The position numbers and the translations under genes were made by a program. Of a stretch of DNA of 64,000 bases, positions 51,083 to 64,000 are shown piece after piece. The DNA is from Zancudomyces culisetae HAW-14-8 (lineage: Eukaryota; Fungi; Kickxellomycota): positions 930,001 to 994,000 of the forward strand of contig JBNJNM010000011.1 of NCBI GenBank assembly GCA_052426225.1. Reading direction: 5' to 3'. Below the pieces are notes generated by a model. That model saw only the letters and a list, made by a program, of their open reading frames with translations, did not search any database and was not told the origin of the DNA. How positions within the stretch are numbered: the stretch's first letter is position 1; every line of letters begins with the position of its first letter.

Positions 51083-54000
51083 TTACTTTTGAGATAAAGA
51101 GGAAATAAAGGAATTAAGATCATATTCAGCTTCATATTGTTTAGGATCCCAAAGTTCTTGTAGGTTTTCAATGGCTTTAGAAGCCGACAATTTCTTGTCA
51201 TTAAGATTTGCGGGATTAGAGGATGACGAGGGTATGTTTGAGGTAGAGGAAGGAGTGGCAGAGGTGGAAAAGAGGTCAAGAAGCTGATCAGTATTCATAG
51301 ATTTAAGACCGGCGTTTTGTTGGGTAACAATGGAGTTTGCAATGTTGAGTTTGAACGCCTGTAAGCCCATGACTTTTTCTTCCAAAGTATCCTTGGTGAT
51401 TAATCTGTAGACATTGACGATTTTAGACTGACCCAATCGATGGGCACGGTCCATAGCTTGCAAGTCGACCTGGGGATTCCAATCGTGTTCCACAAAGATT
51501 ACAGTATCGGCACCAGTCAAATTGAGACCAAGACCACCTACATGAGTTGTCAATAATAGGACGTCGATGGTTGGATCAGCATTGAATTTATTGACAATAG
51601 GCTGGCGGAGTTTGGGCTCGACGCTTCCATCCAGTCTTAGACACGAGACAGAGGGCATAAGTTTGCCAAACAGTTCGGATTGAATAACATCGAGCATTTC
51701 TTTGTGTTGGCAAAAGATAAGAGCACGATGCTGTGAAGTAGCAGCAATCGAATTGGAAGATGTGGAACCATCGATAGAAAGCAAATCAGTTGCTTGTGAA
51801 GTAGAATGAGAAGAAGAATGGGAAGAAGAATGGGAAGAAGAGGAAGAGGAAGAAAGACCGATTCCACATTCGGTTAGGATTTCTTTAAGATTCAAGAGTT
51901 TTGGAGCAACGGAAATATCGGATAGATGACGACCTTCAGAAGCAAGTTTAGCAGAAATCTGGCCGTAGAGAGGATGAGAAGGTTGTAACACAAGAGCAGG
52001 ATGGTTTAATAATTTACGGAGATATTGTAGAGCTTGGAAGACATGTAAACCATTTGAAGAATTAGAAGAAGAAGAGTGAATGTTTTTGTTTAGGTCATCA
52101 ATCAGAATCTGCTGAACATCACTCAACAGACAATAACGATCCTGGATAATCTTGGGAGGCAAATCAGTTAATACATCGTCCTTCATACGACGAAGCAGGA
52201 AAGGTAAAACTTGGCGATGTAGAGATTCCAAAATCCTTTGGCTAGCAGCACTAGCACGGGCATGTTGAGCAGGAGTCAGCTTGGGATCCCGAGCCATCAT
52301 TATAGGACGACAGTAATGAAGCTGGAAATGCCGCTCAGAACCCAAAAAGCCAGGCATCAGGAAATCAAACAGAGACCACAGCTCCAAAACATTGTTTTGG
52401 ACAGGAGTACCAGATAAAATCAAACGGTTGGCGGCACGGATACGTTTGACAGCCAGAGTTAGTTTAGCCTTTGCATTTTTGATGACATGACCTTCATCAA
52501 GAATACAATAGTTGTAGTGGTATTGTTGCAAGATATCGATATCGTTACGCAGCACATCGTAGCTGACTATAATAACATCGTAACGGAGTGGTTGTTGATG
52601 GAAAATAGAAGCCAACATACTCCGGCGATCAGCCAAGGTTTTGCCAGTATAAATAATGGGACGTAGTACATCGACGTATTTAACAATTTCGACTTCCCAG
52701 TGAGCCATCAAAGTCGGAGGACAAACAACCAGGCTGGGAAGTAAAGGAATATTGGTGTTGTTTTTATAAGATAAAGAGGTGAGGTAGTGATCAGAAGCCA
52801 TAATACAAATAGACTGTAGAGTTTTACCCAATCCCATATCATCACATAGAATACCATGTAATTTGTATTTGTTGAGGAAGTGTAGCCAGTTCAGACCTTC
52901 TTGCTGATATTTACGCAGAGAAGCGTTGATTTTGATGGGGATTTTAAAGGGTTCCAGTTTAGAAGAATCAGTCAATTGTTCCAAAAACGACTGGTTATGT
53001 TTTCGAGCCAACAACAATTCTTCATCCAATACTGCATCATCATTATTATCAGTATCAGTATCAATATCATTCTCAATTTGATCTTTTTTGTTACCACTAT
53101 GATTGGAGGAAGAAGAAGATTGTAAAGGTACAAGTTTAAGTAATTGAGCAAAACACTGAGTACATACCAACCGTACATCATCATTGGTATCACTCATCCG
53201 AGCAAGTACCGGAACTATAAAAAACGGCAAGTACGGCACCAGTTTTTTGGGTTCGTCTGTAATAAATCGCTCAATTATATAATACACACTTTCCGCCACT
53301 CCCTGTCGCAGCCAGTCACGCGTCGTATCCCCAAACTGCGACAGTACCTGTTGAATCACTGTTTTCATTGCTACTGCGGCTGCTTTGCTCACCACTGCCA
53401 ATGCCTTGGCCGACGCATGTCGAATGGCTGCCAGCTGCGACTGTAATCCTAGCCGTGTCCACTGTAGCAGACCATCTATGTGGCTATTCAGTACAGCTTG
53501 GTCAAGATTTGGAACTAGTTTTTCTATTATGCTCAGTGCATCAATAATACTTTGCCCATTCAACTCGTTGTTGTTGTTGAGTTGTATAATTATTTCATCG
53601 ACTCTTCTGATTTGCTCATCGCTTAGTTTTAGATTGGTTGGTAACTCAATCTCTCCATACACTCTTTTAAATGGCTCTTCAATCTTGTTATTCCATAGCC
53701 TTGGTATACATTCAAAGATTCGACTTCCAAACATTCTGTTTAACTCTTCAATCACTCGTTGTGCACCTCGCACTTTATTCTGAATTGCCAAATCGGCCTC
53801 TTGCTCTGCCGTCAACTGTGCTGTTGTTGTTGTCGTTGTTGCTACCGATTCTATTGCTGCTGTATTTGTATTATTATTATTATTAGTTGCATTTGCATTT
53901 GCATTTGCATTTGCTCTTTTACTTTTTTTATTTCCACCAGTCGCATTTCCTCCACTCAACGACTCCTTTCTTTTCAAAGAACTATTATTATTGCTATTGT

Positions 54001-57000
54001 TGTTGTTGTTGGAATTACTATTTGTCATTGTAGAGGCCGTTATAACCGACATTGCCATACTTGCATCACTCATACTATTGTTATTACTATTACTATCACT
54101 ATCGTTTTGTAATATAACTCGACCTTGGACTCTCTGTACTATATCAATCATCAATATTCCATTAGTCTGTTTGGCTCTGTGTTCATCAAATAGTATTGTA
54201 TTGTATGGATCCGAACACAAAAACAACACCAAATTATCTATCACTTTATCCGCTGCTCCGCCATTAGTCTTTATTTTTCCCTTGTTTTTTGTAGAAACCG
54301 AAACAAATCCATTTTCAACCATCCATTGATACATTCCTTTTTCTTTTTCTTTATCTTCTCCCTCTTTCTTTAAAACCTGTAATACTGGATAGTAACATTG
54401 TGCCACCAATCTTGCTACGCCTAATGCCGATCGGTTTTGTAATATCACTGATTCTTGCTCCAACTTCACCGAATTCATCAATGATCGGATTATCGGGTTC
54501 AGTTTCTGCGGTAACATTCCCACCATCGTCACCGCCGATGCCATCCCTGAAAATACCATACTGTTGGCCTGCGTCTGTCTACTCTCAAATACATTAATTG
54601 ACTGTTCTAGTTTGTTTCTGGCCTTTTCTAATTCCATCTCCATTTCATTCTCTCCGCTTCTTCCCTTTCTTTTGGTTCGTGCATTCTCATTAGTACTTGA
54701 GTCGCTTATAAATTTTGATATTATCATTGGGTATATATCTGTAATCAGCTGTTTGGCTATCTCGATACTAAAGAGGTTTTTATCCTCAGTATTATCCCTC
54801 AAAGAATCATTTACTACCTGTTGTTGCATTGGAAGTCTTGGTATAACTTGAGGTGGAACCCTACCAGTTTCTTCAAAAACCCGTAATACCAACTTGCAGT
54901 CATTATAAACCGCATGTAATAACCCCTCAGTATCTGCATACGCTGCCATTGACTGCGAATTTTCCTCCAGTTGAACCAACATCTCTTTGACAAAAGCTGC
55001 TATAAATGCCGCTGTTCCACTCATATTAACCTTGTCTTGCACAATTATTTGTGAATATACTTTTATCATCACGTCTCTATATACAAAGTAATCCATTATA
55101 CTCTCTCCCTCTCTCTCTCCCCCTCCTTCTCGTTGTATTTGCATTAGAGATTCATTCATAACTTCAATAAACCATTCTTCAAATATCAAGCTACTCAAAT
55201 ACTTGGCCATTTTCCATCGACTCAAAATACCTCCAATTAACAAATTACCAAACCTTTGCACCATGTTAACACCAATCCTTTCTGCTGCTGTTGCTACTCC
55301 TGCTCCTCTAATACTATCCTGTCGGTACCATATAAACATCAACTTTGCCAATGCCTTGCTACTCATTACTCTACACTTGATAATTGTTTCCACTTTTAGC
55401 AGTGCTAGATCCTGTGTAATCATTGGCTTATCCACACTATAATGCTTATGGTTATGGTTATGCATCTTATTTCCATTTGGTACGCTATGTTGGTGTTGGT
55501 TGATACCAGATGTATTTGCTACAATAAGAGATAAATCTAATGGTGTTCCAATTGGTGTAGATGCCAAATTAAACATCCATTCCACCTCCTGTCCACCAAA
55601 TATCTCACCCATCAGATCTACCTGTCTTTGTATACTTTCTAAACATGGCGACTCCAACAGCTTACACCACAGGCTATAGCTAAGTTCCAATACTTGGCTG
55701 TTGGTTTCCAATATCATGTTCCTATACACCAACCTAAATATTTCTTTGTTTAGCCACACTGGTCTCCGTCCTCCATTTGCCATCTGCTGCTCTATCTCCT
55801 CTGTTTCCACATCCGTCAACACGAGTAGTGCTTGAAGCGCTGACTTTCTTACTCCTACAATTGTATGTCTAAGGAATGGATACAACCTTTCTACAAATGC
55901 CTCTCGATGCTGTACTGTTATATATTTCATTGTCTGCTTCTTGTTATGACACAGTGCCGACAATAGATCCATCACATTTGCCGTAGATGCCGCCAAATCG
56001 TCGTCAATATCGCTTAGCGCATACAAAATAGCCTCTGCTATATCTGCCACTCTATATGGCTGTTTTTCTAATATCCCATTCACCAAGGGTAATAATGCTG
56101 CTGCTGAAATACTTCTCACATCATCATCTCCTTTCAACGCCTCCAAGACTTGCTCAACTATTGTCTCAAACACCAACTCATCCATATCCTGTCGTACTGC
56201 CACGACATATCGTAGCCCCAATAATCCTGCATGTCGGAGTTCCCAAACTGGTCCTCTTGGATCAGCTCCTCGAACCATCAGCTTCAACAGCCCGTGATGC
56301 AACGCCCCCATTCTCTTGCTGTCCAAATACTGTGAAATCACACCTAACACCTGTCCACACGTTTCTCGCACCGGTGCTACCACCTGATCCGACACAAAAT
56401 CCGCAAATCTATCTAGTGTCAATACACATAACAGTCGTACGCATATGTCCGCTAAATACCGTTGATGATATTCTTCATTCATTTCTGATGTATTTACACT
56501 GCTTTTCCCTGCATTACCTCCTTGCCGTTTAAAAACCTCTCGCAATCCCATCGCTGCTCCATGCCTTACTTCCCATCGCGGCTCAAACAAATCTACACTT
56601 AGCTGCTCAATAAATGTTTTAAATGCCCACTCCCCCTCTTTTACTCCTTCCACTACAAACGCCTGGCGTTTTTTCTGTTTTGCTTCAACTACAATTTTCC
56701 CTTCTTGACCTGGCTGTTCTGTAATATCCACTAATTCATCTTCCTCTTCCTCTTTAATCCCAATTTCATCTCCTCTTTTGCTACCATTGCTACTTCCACC
56801 ACTATTGAGGCTATTGCTACTCTTCAAAAACCCTTGCTGGTTACTTACACTCTTTTGCTCACGCTTGGCTTTTCTTTTCAACATATTTCGTTCTCGTGCA
56901 CTAAGCTTTCTCATATACATTCCTTCATCCACCTCTACTCCCCCTGTCGGCTTTCTTTTACTTTCCATCTTGATTTCTTTCTCCTTTTCCTTTTGTTCCT

Positions 57001-57523
57001 TTTTTATTACTGGTACAAAATCACACTCATTGATAAAATCCCCCTCTATAAATTGTGTCGCTATTCCCAGCTTTTCCCGAATCTGTTTCTTTTGTTTCGC
57101 CAACCGCTCTTGTGGATCTAACTCTGTATCTTCAAAATCATACTCCTCTCCCCTTGACGCCAATAAAAGTTTTCCTCCATTGAGCAATTTGTCCACCTCA
57201 AATTCCTCAAATTTTAACCAATATACATCCTCTTTCTCTTCCTCCTCTCCTTCTCCTTCCATTTTTTCGCTTTTGATTTTAACTTGTGTTTCTATTTCTA
57301 TTTTCGGTACCTCTTTTGCTATCGCCTCTATCGCTTGGCTTGCCGCAACTCGTGCATCCCAATTATTACTACCAAGACATTTGTACACCCTTTCCAACAG
57401 ATTCAGCAAATCTTCCGGATGTTGCGCTTGGATCGCCCCTAATTGCTGTGCCGCCGCCATTCTCACCCCCGGTGTACCCCCCGTTTCTAATAATGCCACT
57501 AGCTTGTCTAATCTCGTACTCAT
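51083..57523 (-). CDS. MOT1: TBP-associated SNF2 ATPase Mot1/BTAF1 (intronless, 2146 aa)
   Basis: MSTRLDKLVALLETG, WEVRHGA, DRFADFVSDQVVAPVRET, HEAT repeats, GILCDDMGLGKT, DEGH, QAMDRAHRLGQ. Confidence 0.97.
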   Translation of the reverse strand: MSTRLDKLVALLETGGTPGVRMAAAQQLGAIQAQHPEDLLNLLERVYKCLGSNNWDARVAASQAIEAIAKEVPKIEIETQVKIKSEKMEGEGEEEEKEDVYWLKFEEFEVDKLLNGGKLLLASRGEEYDFEDTELDPQERLAKQKKQIREKLGIATQFIEGDFINECDFVPVIKKEQKEKEKEIKMESKRKPTGGVEVDEGMYMRKLSARERNMLKRKAKREQKSVSNQQGFLKSSNSLNSGGSSNGSKRGDEIGIKEEEEDELVDITEQPGQEGKIVVEAKQKKRQAFVVEGVKEGEWAFKTFIEQLSVDLFEPRWEVRHGAAMGLREVFKRQGGNAGKSSVNTSEMNEEYHQRYLADICVRLLCVLTLDRFADFVSDQVVAPVRETCGQVLGVISQYLDSKRMGALHHGLLKLMVRGADPRGPVWELRHAGLLGLRYVVAVRQDMDELVFETIVEQVLEALKGDDDVRSISAAALLPLVNGILEKQPYRVADIAEAILYALSDIDDDLAASTANVMDLLSALCHNKKQTMKYITVQHREAFVERLYPFLRHTIVGVRKSALQALLVLTDVETEEIEQQMANGGRRPVWLNKEIFRLVYRNMILETNSQVLELSYSLWCKLLESPCLESIQRQVDLMGEIFGGQEVEWMFNLASTPIGTPLDLSLIVANTSGINQHQHSVPNGNKMHNHNHKHYSVDKPMITQDLALLKVETIIKCRVMSSKALAKLMFIWYRQDSIRGAGVATAAERIGVNMVQRFGNLLIGGILSRWKMAKYLSSLIFEEWFIEVMNESLMQIQREGGGEREGESIMDYFVYRDVMIKVYSQIIVQDKVNMSGTAAFIAAFVKEMLVQLEENSQSMAAYADTEGLLHAVYNDCKLVLRVFEETGRVPPQVIPRLPMQQQVVNDSLRDNTEDKNLFSIEIAKQLITDIYPMIISKFISDSSTNENARTKRKGRSGENEMEMELEKARNKLEQSINVFESRQTQANSMVFSGMASAVTMVGMLPQKLNPIIRSLMNSVKLEQESVILQNRSALGVARLVAQCYYPVLQVLKKEGEDKEKEKGMYQWMVENGFVSVSTKNKGKIKTNGGAADKVIDNLVLFLCSDPYNTILFDEHRAKQTNGILMIDIVQRVQGRVILQNDSDSNSNNNSMSDASMAMSVITASTMTNSNSNNNNNSNNNSSLKRKESLSGGNATGGNKKSKRANANANANATNNNNNTNTAAIESVATTTTTTAQLTAEQEADLAIQNKVRGAQRVIEELNRMFGSRIFECIPRLWNNKIEEPFKRVYGEIELPTNLKLSDEQIRRVDEIIIQLNNNNELNGQSIIDALSIIEKLVPNLDQAVLNSHIDGLLQWTRLGLQSQLAAIRHASAKALAVVSKAAAVAMKTVIQQVLSQFGDTTRDWLRQGVAESVYYIIERFITDEPKKLVPYLPFFIVPVLARMSDTNDDVRLVCTQCFAQLLKLVPLQSSSSSNHSGNKKDQIENDIDTDTDNNDDAVLDEELLLARKHNQSFLEQLTDSSKLEPFKIPIKINASLRKYQQEGLNWLHFLNKYKLHGILCDDMGLGKTLQSICIMASDHYLTSLSYKNNTNIPLLPSLVVCPPTLMAHWEVEIVKYVDVLRPIIYTGKTLADRRSMLASIFHQQPLRYDVIIVSYDVLRNDIDILQQYHYNYCILDEGHVIKNAKAKLTLAVKRIRAANRLILSGTPVQNNVLELWSLFDFLMPGFLGSERHFQLHYCRPIMMARDPKLTPAQHARASAASQRILESLHRQVLPFLLRRMKDDVLTDLPPKIIQDRYCLLSDVQQILIDDLNKNIHSSSSNSSNGLHVFQALQYLRKLLNHPALVLQPSHPLYGQISAKLASEGRHLSDISVAPKLLNLKEILTECGIGLSSSSSSSHSSSHSSSHSTSQATDLLSIDGSTSSNSIAATSQHRALIFCQHKEMLDVIQSELFGKLMPSVSCLRLDGSVEPKLRQPIVNKFNADPTIDVLLLTTHVGGLGLNLTGADTVIFVEHDWNPQVDLQAMDRAHRLGQSKIVNVYRLITKDTLEEKVMGLQAFKLNIANSIVTQQNAGLKSMNTDQLLDLFSTSATPSSTSNIPSSSSNPANLNDKKLSASKAIENLQELWDPKQYEAEYDLNSFISSLSQK

Positions 57524-60470
57524 TTTCTTTGCTACTTATCCTTCTTTTTTCTTTTTAGATTCAAGATCTTTCTATTGTTTATCCCTCTATTAAACTCTGC
57601 TTTATCTTGCTTGGTTATCCTATTCGTATCGGTTTGTTTTCTGTAACCTACATATTTATCACATTATAATTCTTAGTTTTATATCTTTCTGTTAATTATA
57701 ATATATTTTTGTTCTCCACCACCACCACCACCACCATTATACACCCAAATCACTCTAAATCTTCATTTTATCTTTCTCTCTATTTTCTTTTATCTTGAGA
57801 ATATCTCCAAAGTGTCTACTTTTGGAAATAAACTCCGTCAAAACTACGCTTTTTTTGATACTGACAAACTCAAAGTCACGTGATTGTTTTGTATTTTCGC
57901 GTTACTTTACTTACATAGACTATTTTTTTTCTTACCTATCTACAACCACCAATTTTTAGGTTTAGCGGGAGAATGGGCGTTTCATCTATTTGCCCTCTCT
58001 TGCTTTTGATCTATTAAACCAGCATATTTGTATCGCAGAGTTATTTTTATGTTGTTATTGTTGTTGCTCTTGCGTTGTAACACATTTGCTTTAATTATAT
58101 AACATAACACACGATTGCTTTACATTGATGATAGGTTTTGCAACAACAAAAAGCATCAAAAAAAAAATCAACGTATTACAATTATTTATTATTTTCTTTT
58201 ATTTTCCAACTTACCTTTGTCGAACAAGCTTTTTTTTATTTTATGTCCACTTGTTCCTTAAATTTCCTTGGCCCTTTTTTTCTTTCCCAGATGCGAAAAA
58301 CCCGCGAATAGTTGGGTAATTTTTTCTTTCTGAAAATACTGCCGAAAAATAAAAAGGTGTATTTTTTCTTCCCTTCCAAGTTGTACTTCTATTGATAATG
58401 ATTACCACACAAATCAATATAAAATATAATAAAGACGTTATTTATTGGCCAACAATGTCCTATTAAAAAAAAATTACTCAGCATTTACGTGTCTGGAAAA
58501 TAGACTATAAAAAAAAACGGAACAATAGGGGAAATTAAAAATAGTTGAATAAAAAAAGGGCAAACTTACTAGAGGCTTTTCACTTAATCACTTGGACTCT
58601 TTCCCCCACCAAAGTCTGGTTTTAAATATTTCTCTATATCTATTGAAAAAAAATTTTTTTATTGCTATTACGGCCAAAGTTTTGATTATTTTGAAGGTCT
58701 TGATGGATTGGAATTTTTTCTTCCTTTTATATATTTTTTCGTTTTTTTTTAAAACCAAAAATTTTTGCTTATTTTCTGTGGTTGGGCGAATTAAATTATC
58801 TGAATTAGATGAGTCTGCTATATTAGTTGAAATATTTTGAATCACCATATCCATTCTTGCTTTTCTTTTTTAATTGTATGGAATTTTTTTTTCCTTTAAT
58901 TGTTATTTTGTTCCTAGTGTTTTACCTCTTTAAAGCTACAAGTGTTTATAACCCTTAAATACAGTTGTAATATATATATAATAAAGATGCATGGAAATAA
59001 AGTTGTTTTTTTAGAACACTTTAAATAATGCTAGTTATATGTACCAGTATCAAAAAAATATAAATGTAGAGTGAATTAAATATATTTGCCCTACATTTAT
59101 TTTCTTTTGATTTGCCCTGTGTGTGTATTAATTCCGCCATTTTACCAATTAGCAAAGCCAAGCAAATATAGTAAAATCAGGTTAAGGTTTTACTTATATA
59201 CAAAGTCATAGTCGCGAGTATATATACATATATATATTACAATTTGAATGGATACCGAAATTATATCTTTGAAGTTTTTGCTGCCCTCTTGGTAGAAAAG
59301 CTACTATAACATGAAGATAATATATAACTAATTGTATTATTAATACTGTCAGTGTTGCAATGGTTGCGTTGACATTTCGTTTATATCTCGACCAAGATGT
59401 TCATTACAAGTGAATGTAGGGGGAAAAAAGAAAACATAATGTGGTATTGGTGTTACAATAAACCGTGTTTATTTCTGGGTTTTTTCTACTCCTGACCCAT
59501 TCATGGATTGTAAAAGGTTCATCAACCGAATGAGATGATATAGTATCTCTTGTAAAATTGTATTAACCATAATAAATCTAATTTTTCATTCAAGGTGGTA
59601 AAAGCTATAAATAATAATATATTCCAAGAGTTCACACTTTATCCTATCTACCTACTTTTTTAGAAATCAATCTCTATAAACGTATTGTGAAGAAAAAATA
59701 TGAATAAATTACAGAATACATCGGATTGTTGAAAAAAAAAAAGAATCAGTTGCCAAACTAGGCAATGATTGATCCAAGACTAACATGCTGGATTTCCACT
59801 TTCCCAAATTTTATAGTGGTCTCATTTATATGTATTTATAATTACATACGCTGTGTATATTAGCGAATGTGTTTTTTTCTTTATTTTTTTGATTTTCCAG
59901 AGGTTAGCCTCTTAGATTCCCTCTATAACAACTTTTACAATCAAAAATATACATATATATAAAAAAAACTATGCGGAAATAGTACAATAATGATCAACAC
60001 AATTAAATGAATCTGTCGCTGGCAAATCACCCCCGCTATATTTATTTATTTTGAATAACACGCTCTAAATATTGACATTATTTTTTTTATACCTTTATGT
60101 AGCAAAACCCAATTTGAATCAGATTACCCATATTTCTAGAAAGGTGTGTGCATAAAGATATAGGTTCAGTTTAAGGTGCTGAAAACAGTCTTCCTTTTTC
60201 TGCTTGTCTTCTTCCTTTTCCTCTCAATCTGCTAAATGAGATCGAATGTCTATTAGACTAAATATTGTGAATTTTCCCCTTTTCTTTATTAATGACAAGT
60301 AAAAACCACAAAGTATTGAGAAAATAGTAGCAAAATAAACAAAAACAATATCAACATTGGTTAATAGACAAAATAATAGCGAATAGCCAAGATAATCAAA
60401 TAATCAAAATCCCTAGGATCATATTATATAAAAAGTGGAAGAAAAAAAATGCTCAGCGGATGTCTAACTA

Positions 60471-62676
<2,206 letters not shown>

Positions 62677-63354
62677 CGTGCTTTACTTTTGCGTTTGTGT
62701 ACTATTTAGTTGATTATGTGATCTATGAAGGGAGGAGTTGCAATCTTGTACACTATTTTTTTGGCACCTATTTTATGTTCAGGAATCTGCTAATATTCAT
62801 AACAATCACCATTTATTAGAAAAAGTTGGGAATTGTAAATTTATTTCGTAAATAACAATTTTTCTCGCTATTTGGCTTGCCCCTTTTTGGCCTGTAGCAA
62901 AACATTCATTTTTTCGCTTACCATTGGGTGGAAAATAGCCATTAAATTGTCTGATTCTACTGCTTTGTTAACTCTAAACATCACAAATCATGCAGAACCT
63001 TTACAAACCAGCTGCTGATTTGTGAACCCTTTAACTTTATATTTTTTCGGCTATTCCACAAAATAATATAAGGCGTGCTGGGCAAGCCTGGTAAACCTGG
63101 TTTAAAGTCCAGTTTTTCAATATGATGATAATGATGATGATGATAATGATACCACATACACATGGTATGCAGATAGCCCTGAAACTCGTTCGTCACTATA
63201 CAAGTTACAACTATCTGTAAGGCCAGTATACAGCATTATAAACAAAAAGATAGACTCGTTTTAATTCAAGGTGATGTAAATCCCAAAAAAATATTATCAC
63301 TTATAAATGCGAAAAAAAAGACAACAAGCAAATTCAATGTGGTACCAAACAAGA

Positions 63355-64000
63355 CTATGCCAATATAAAGTTAATGAGCTTTCCGCCATTAACAAAAATA
63401 ACCTTTTTAAATGCTTTTGGAACCCCGTCAGCAGCGTTAAATAAATGCTTTTTTGAATCAGGGCATGATAAAACATGCGCTTTCAAGTCGTCATTGTTTT
63501 GAAGAAGCGAGGAGTCTGCATCCAACTTGAATTTAACTTTTCCATTTACCTAAATATATACGGTATGGACAGATATGTTAATTCAATCATTGGTATAAAT
63601 AGCTAAAATATAGTTCAGGGAGATAAGGATAAAGATAGGAAATGGAAAATGGTGAATGGGAAATGGTGAATTCTTACCTGGACCACACATGTAAATGAAT
63701 CTAATGCCAAACCCGATTCATCGAGTACGGGCCATTGGTTGGCAAACACAGAGCCGGCTTTCAAGCCACCGCAGCTACTCAGAGGGTCTAAATCTGATGC
63801 GCCTGAAGAGTCGCTTGAGAGTGAATTGACAGTAATGATCTCGTACAATTCCTCACTTGATACCGGTGCCAATGGGCTCAGCATAATAACCAGCTTTTCA
63901 AAGGCATAGAATGTTGATTTATGAAGCAACAGGTTTTGTGGTAGCAATGATATATGGTTAGACAGCTCGATGAGGAGGGCAATAAATGTATTGAACGAGT
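63355..64000 (-). CDS. NAM2: Mitochondrial (bacterial-type) leucyl-tRNA synthetase, C-terminal part; intron 63550-63677
   Basis: SFNTFIALLIELSN...LSPLAPVSSEELY...WP...VVQ|VNGKVK...KKVIFVNGGKLINFILA*: the anticodon-binding and C-terminal domains of LeuRS. Confidence 0.8.

Noticed and set aside
56778-57593. 271-aa antisense ORF over MOT1, and similar antisense ORFs over ARC1, GDA1 and SUI2
   Set aside because: Shadow ORFs from codon bias of the real genes; non-ATG starts and no domains.
58588-58854. 88-aa Lys-rich ORF
   Set aside because: Built from poly-A runs in very AT-rich DNA, with no recognisable motif; not excluded, but unsupported.
63122-63186. Box C (ATGATGA) and box D (CTGA) snoRNA-like pair
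   Set aside because: The C box is part of an (ATG/ATA)n microsatellite; no convincing terminal stem or rRNA guide.

Overview
AT-rich (roughly one-third GC by eye), intron-containing eukaryotic DNA from a fungus. The velvet, NBP2, BZZ1, VPS68, CCC1, GDA1 and COA2-like genes, the GT-AG introns of about 70-300 nt and the divergent proteins suggest an early-diverging lineage; Kickxellomycotina/Harpellales-like is my inference. I can support 19 protein-coding loci: a secreted protein (cut by the left edge), a C2H2 transcription factor, NBP2, ARC1, MSS116, a small secreted orphan, ATG6/VPS30, GDA1, COA2-like, a compact velvet protein, ERG3, BZZ1, VPS68, CTF4/mcl1, an NsdD-like GATA N-terminal domain, CCC1, SUI2, MOT1 and SRP54, plus the 3' end of mitochondrial LeuRS at the right edge. 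Several had to be rebuilt by hand from exons missing from the ORF track. I found no tRNA, rRNA, transposon ORF or CRISPR array. Main oddities: (1) an NsdD-type regulator with no GATA zinc finger; (2) a minimal velvet protein with altered conserved motifs; (3) a ~12 kb domain of G/C strand skew that ignores gene orientation, flips inside the intronless MOT1 ORF and carries many G-quadruplex motifs; (4) three unannotated, hairpin-rich intergenic islands that could be ncRNAs. I see no unambiguous novel multi-gene system; the best leads are hypotheses.
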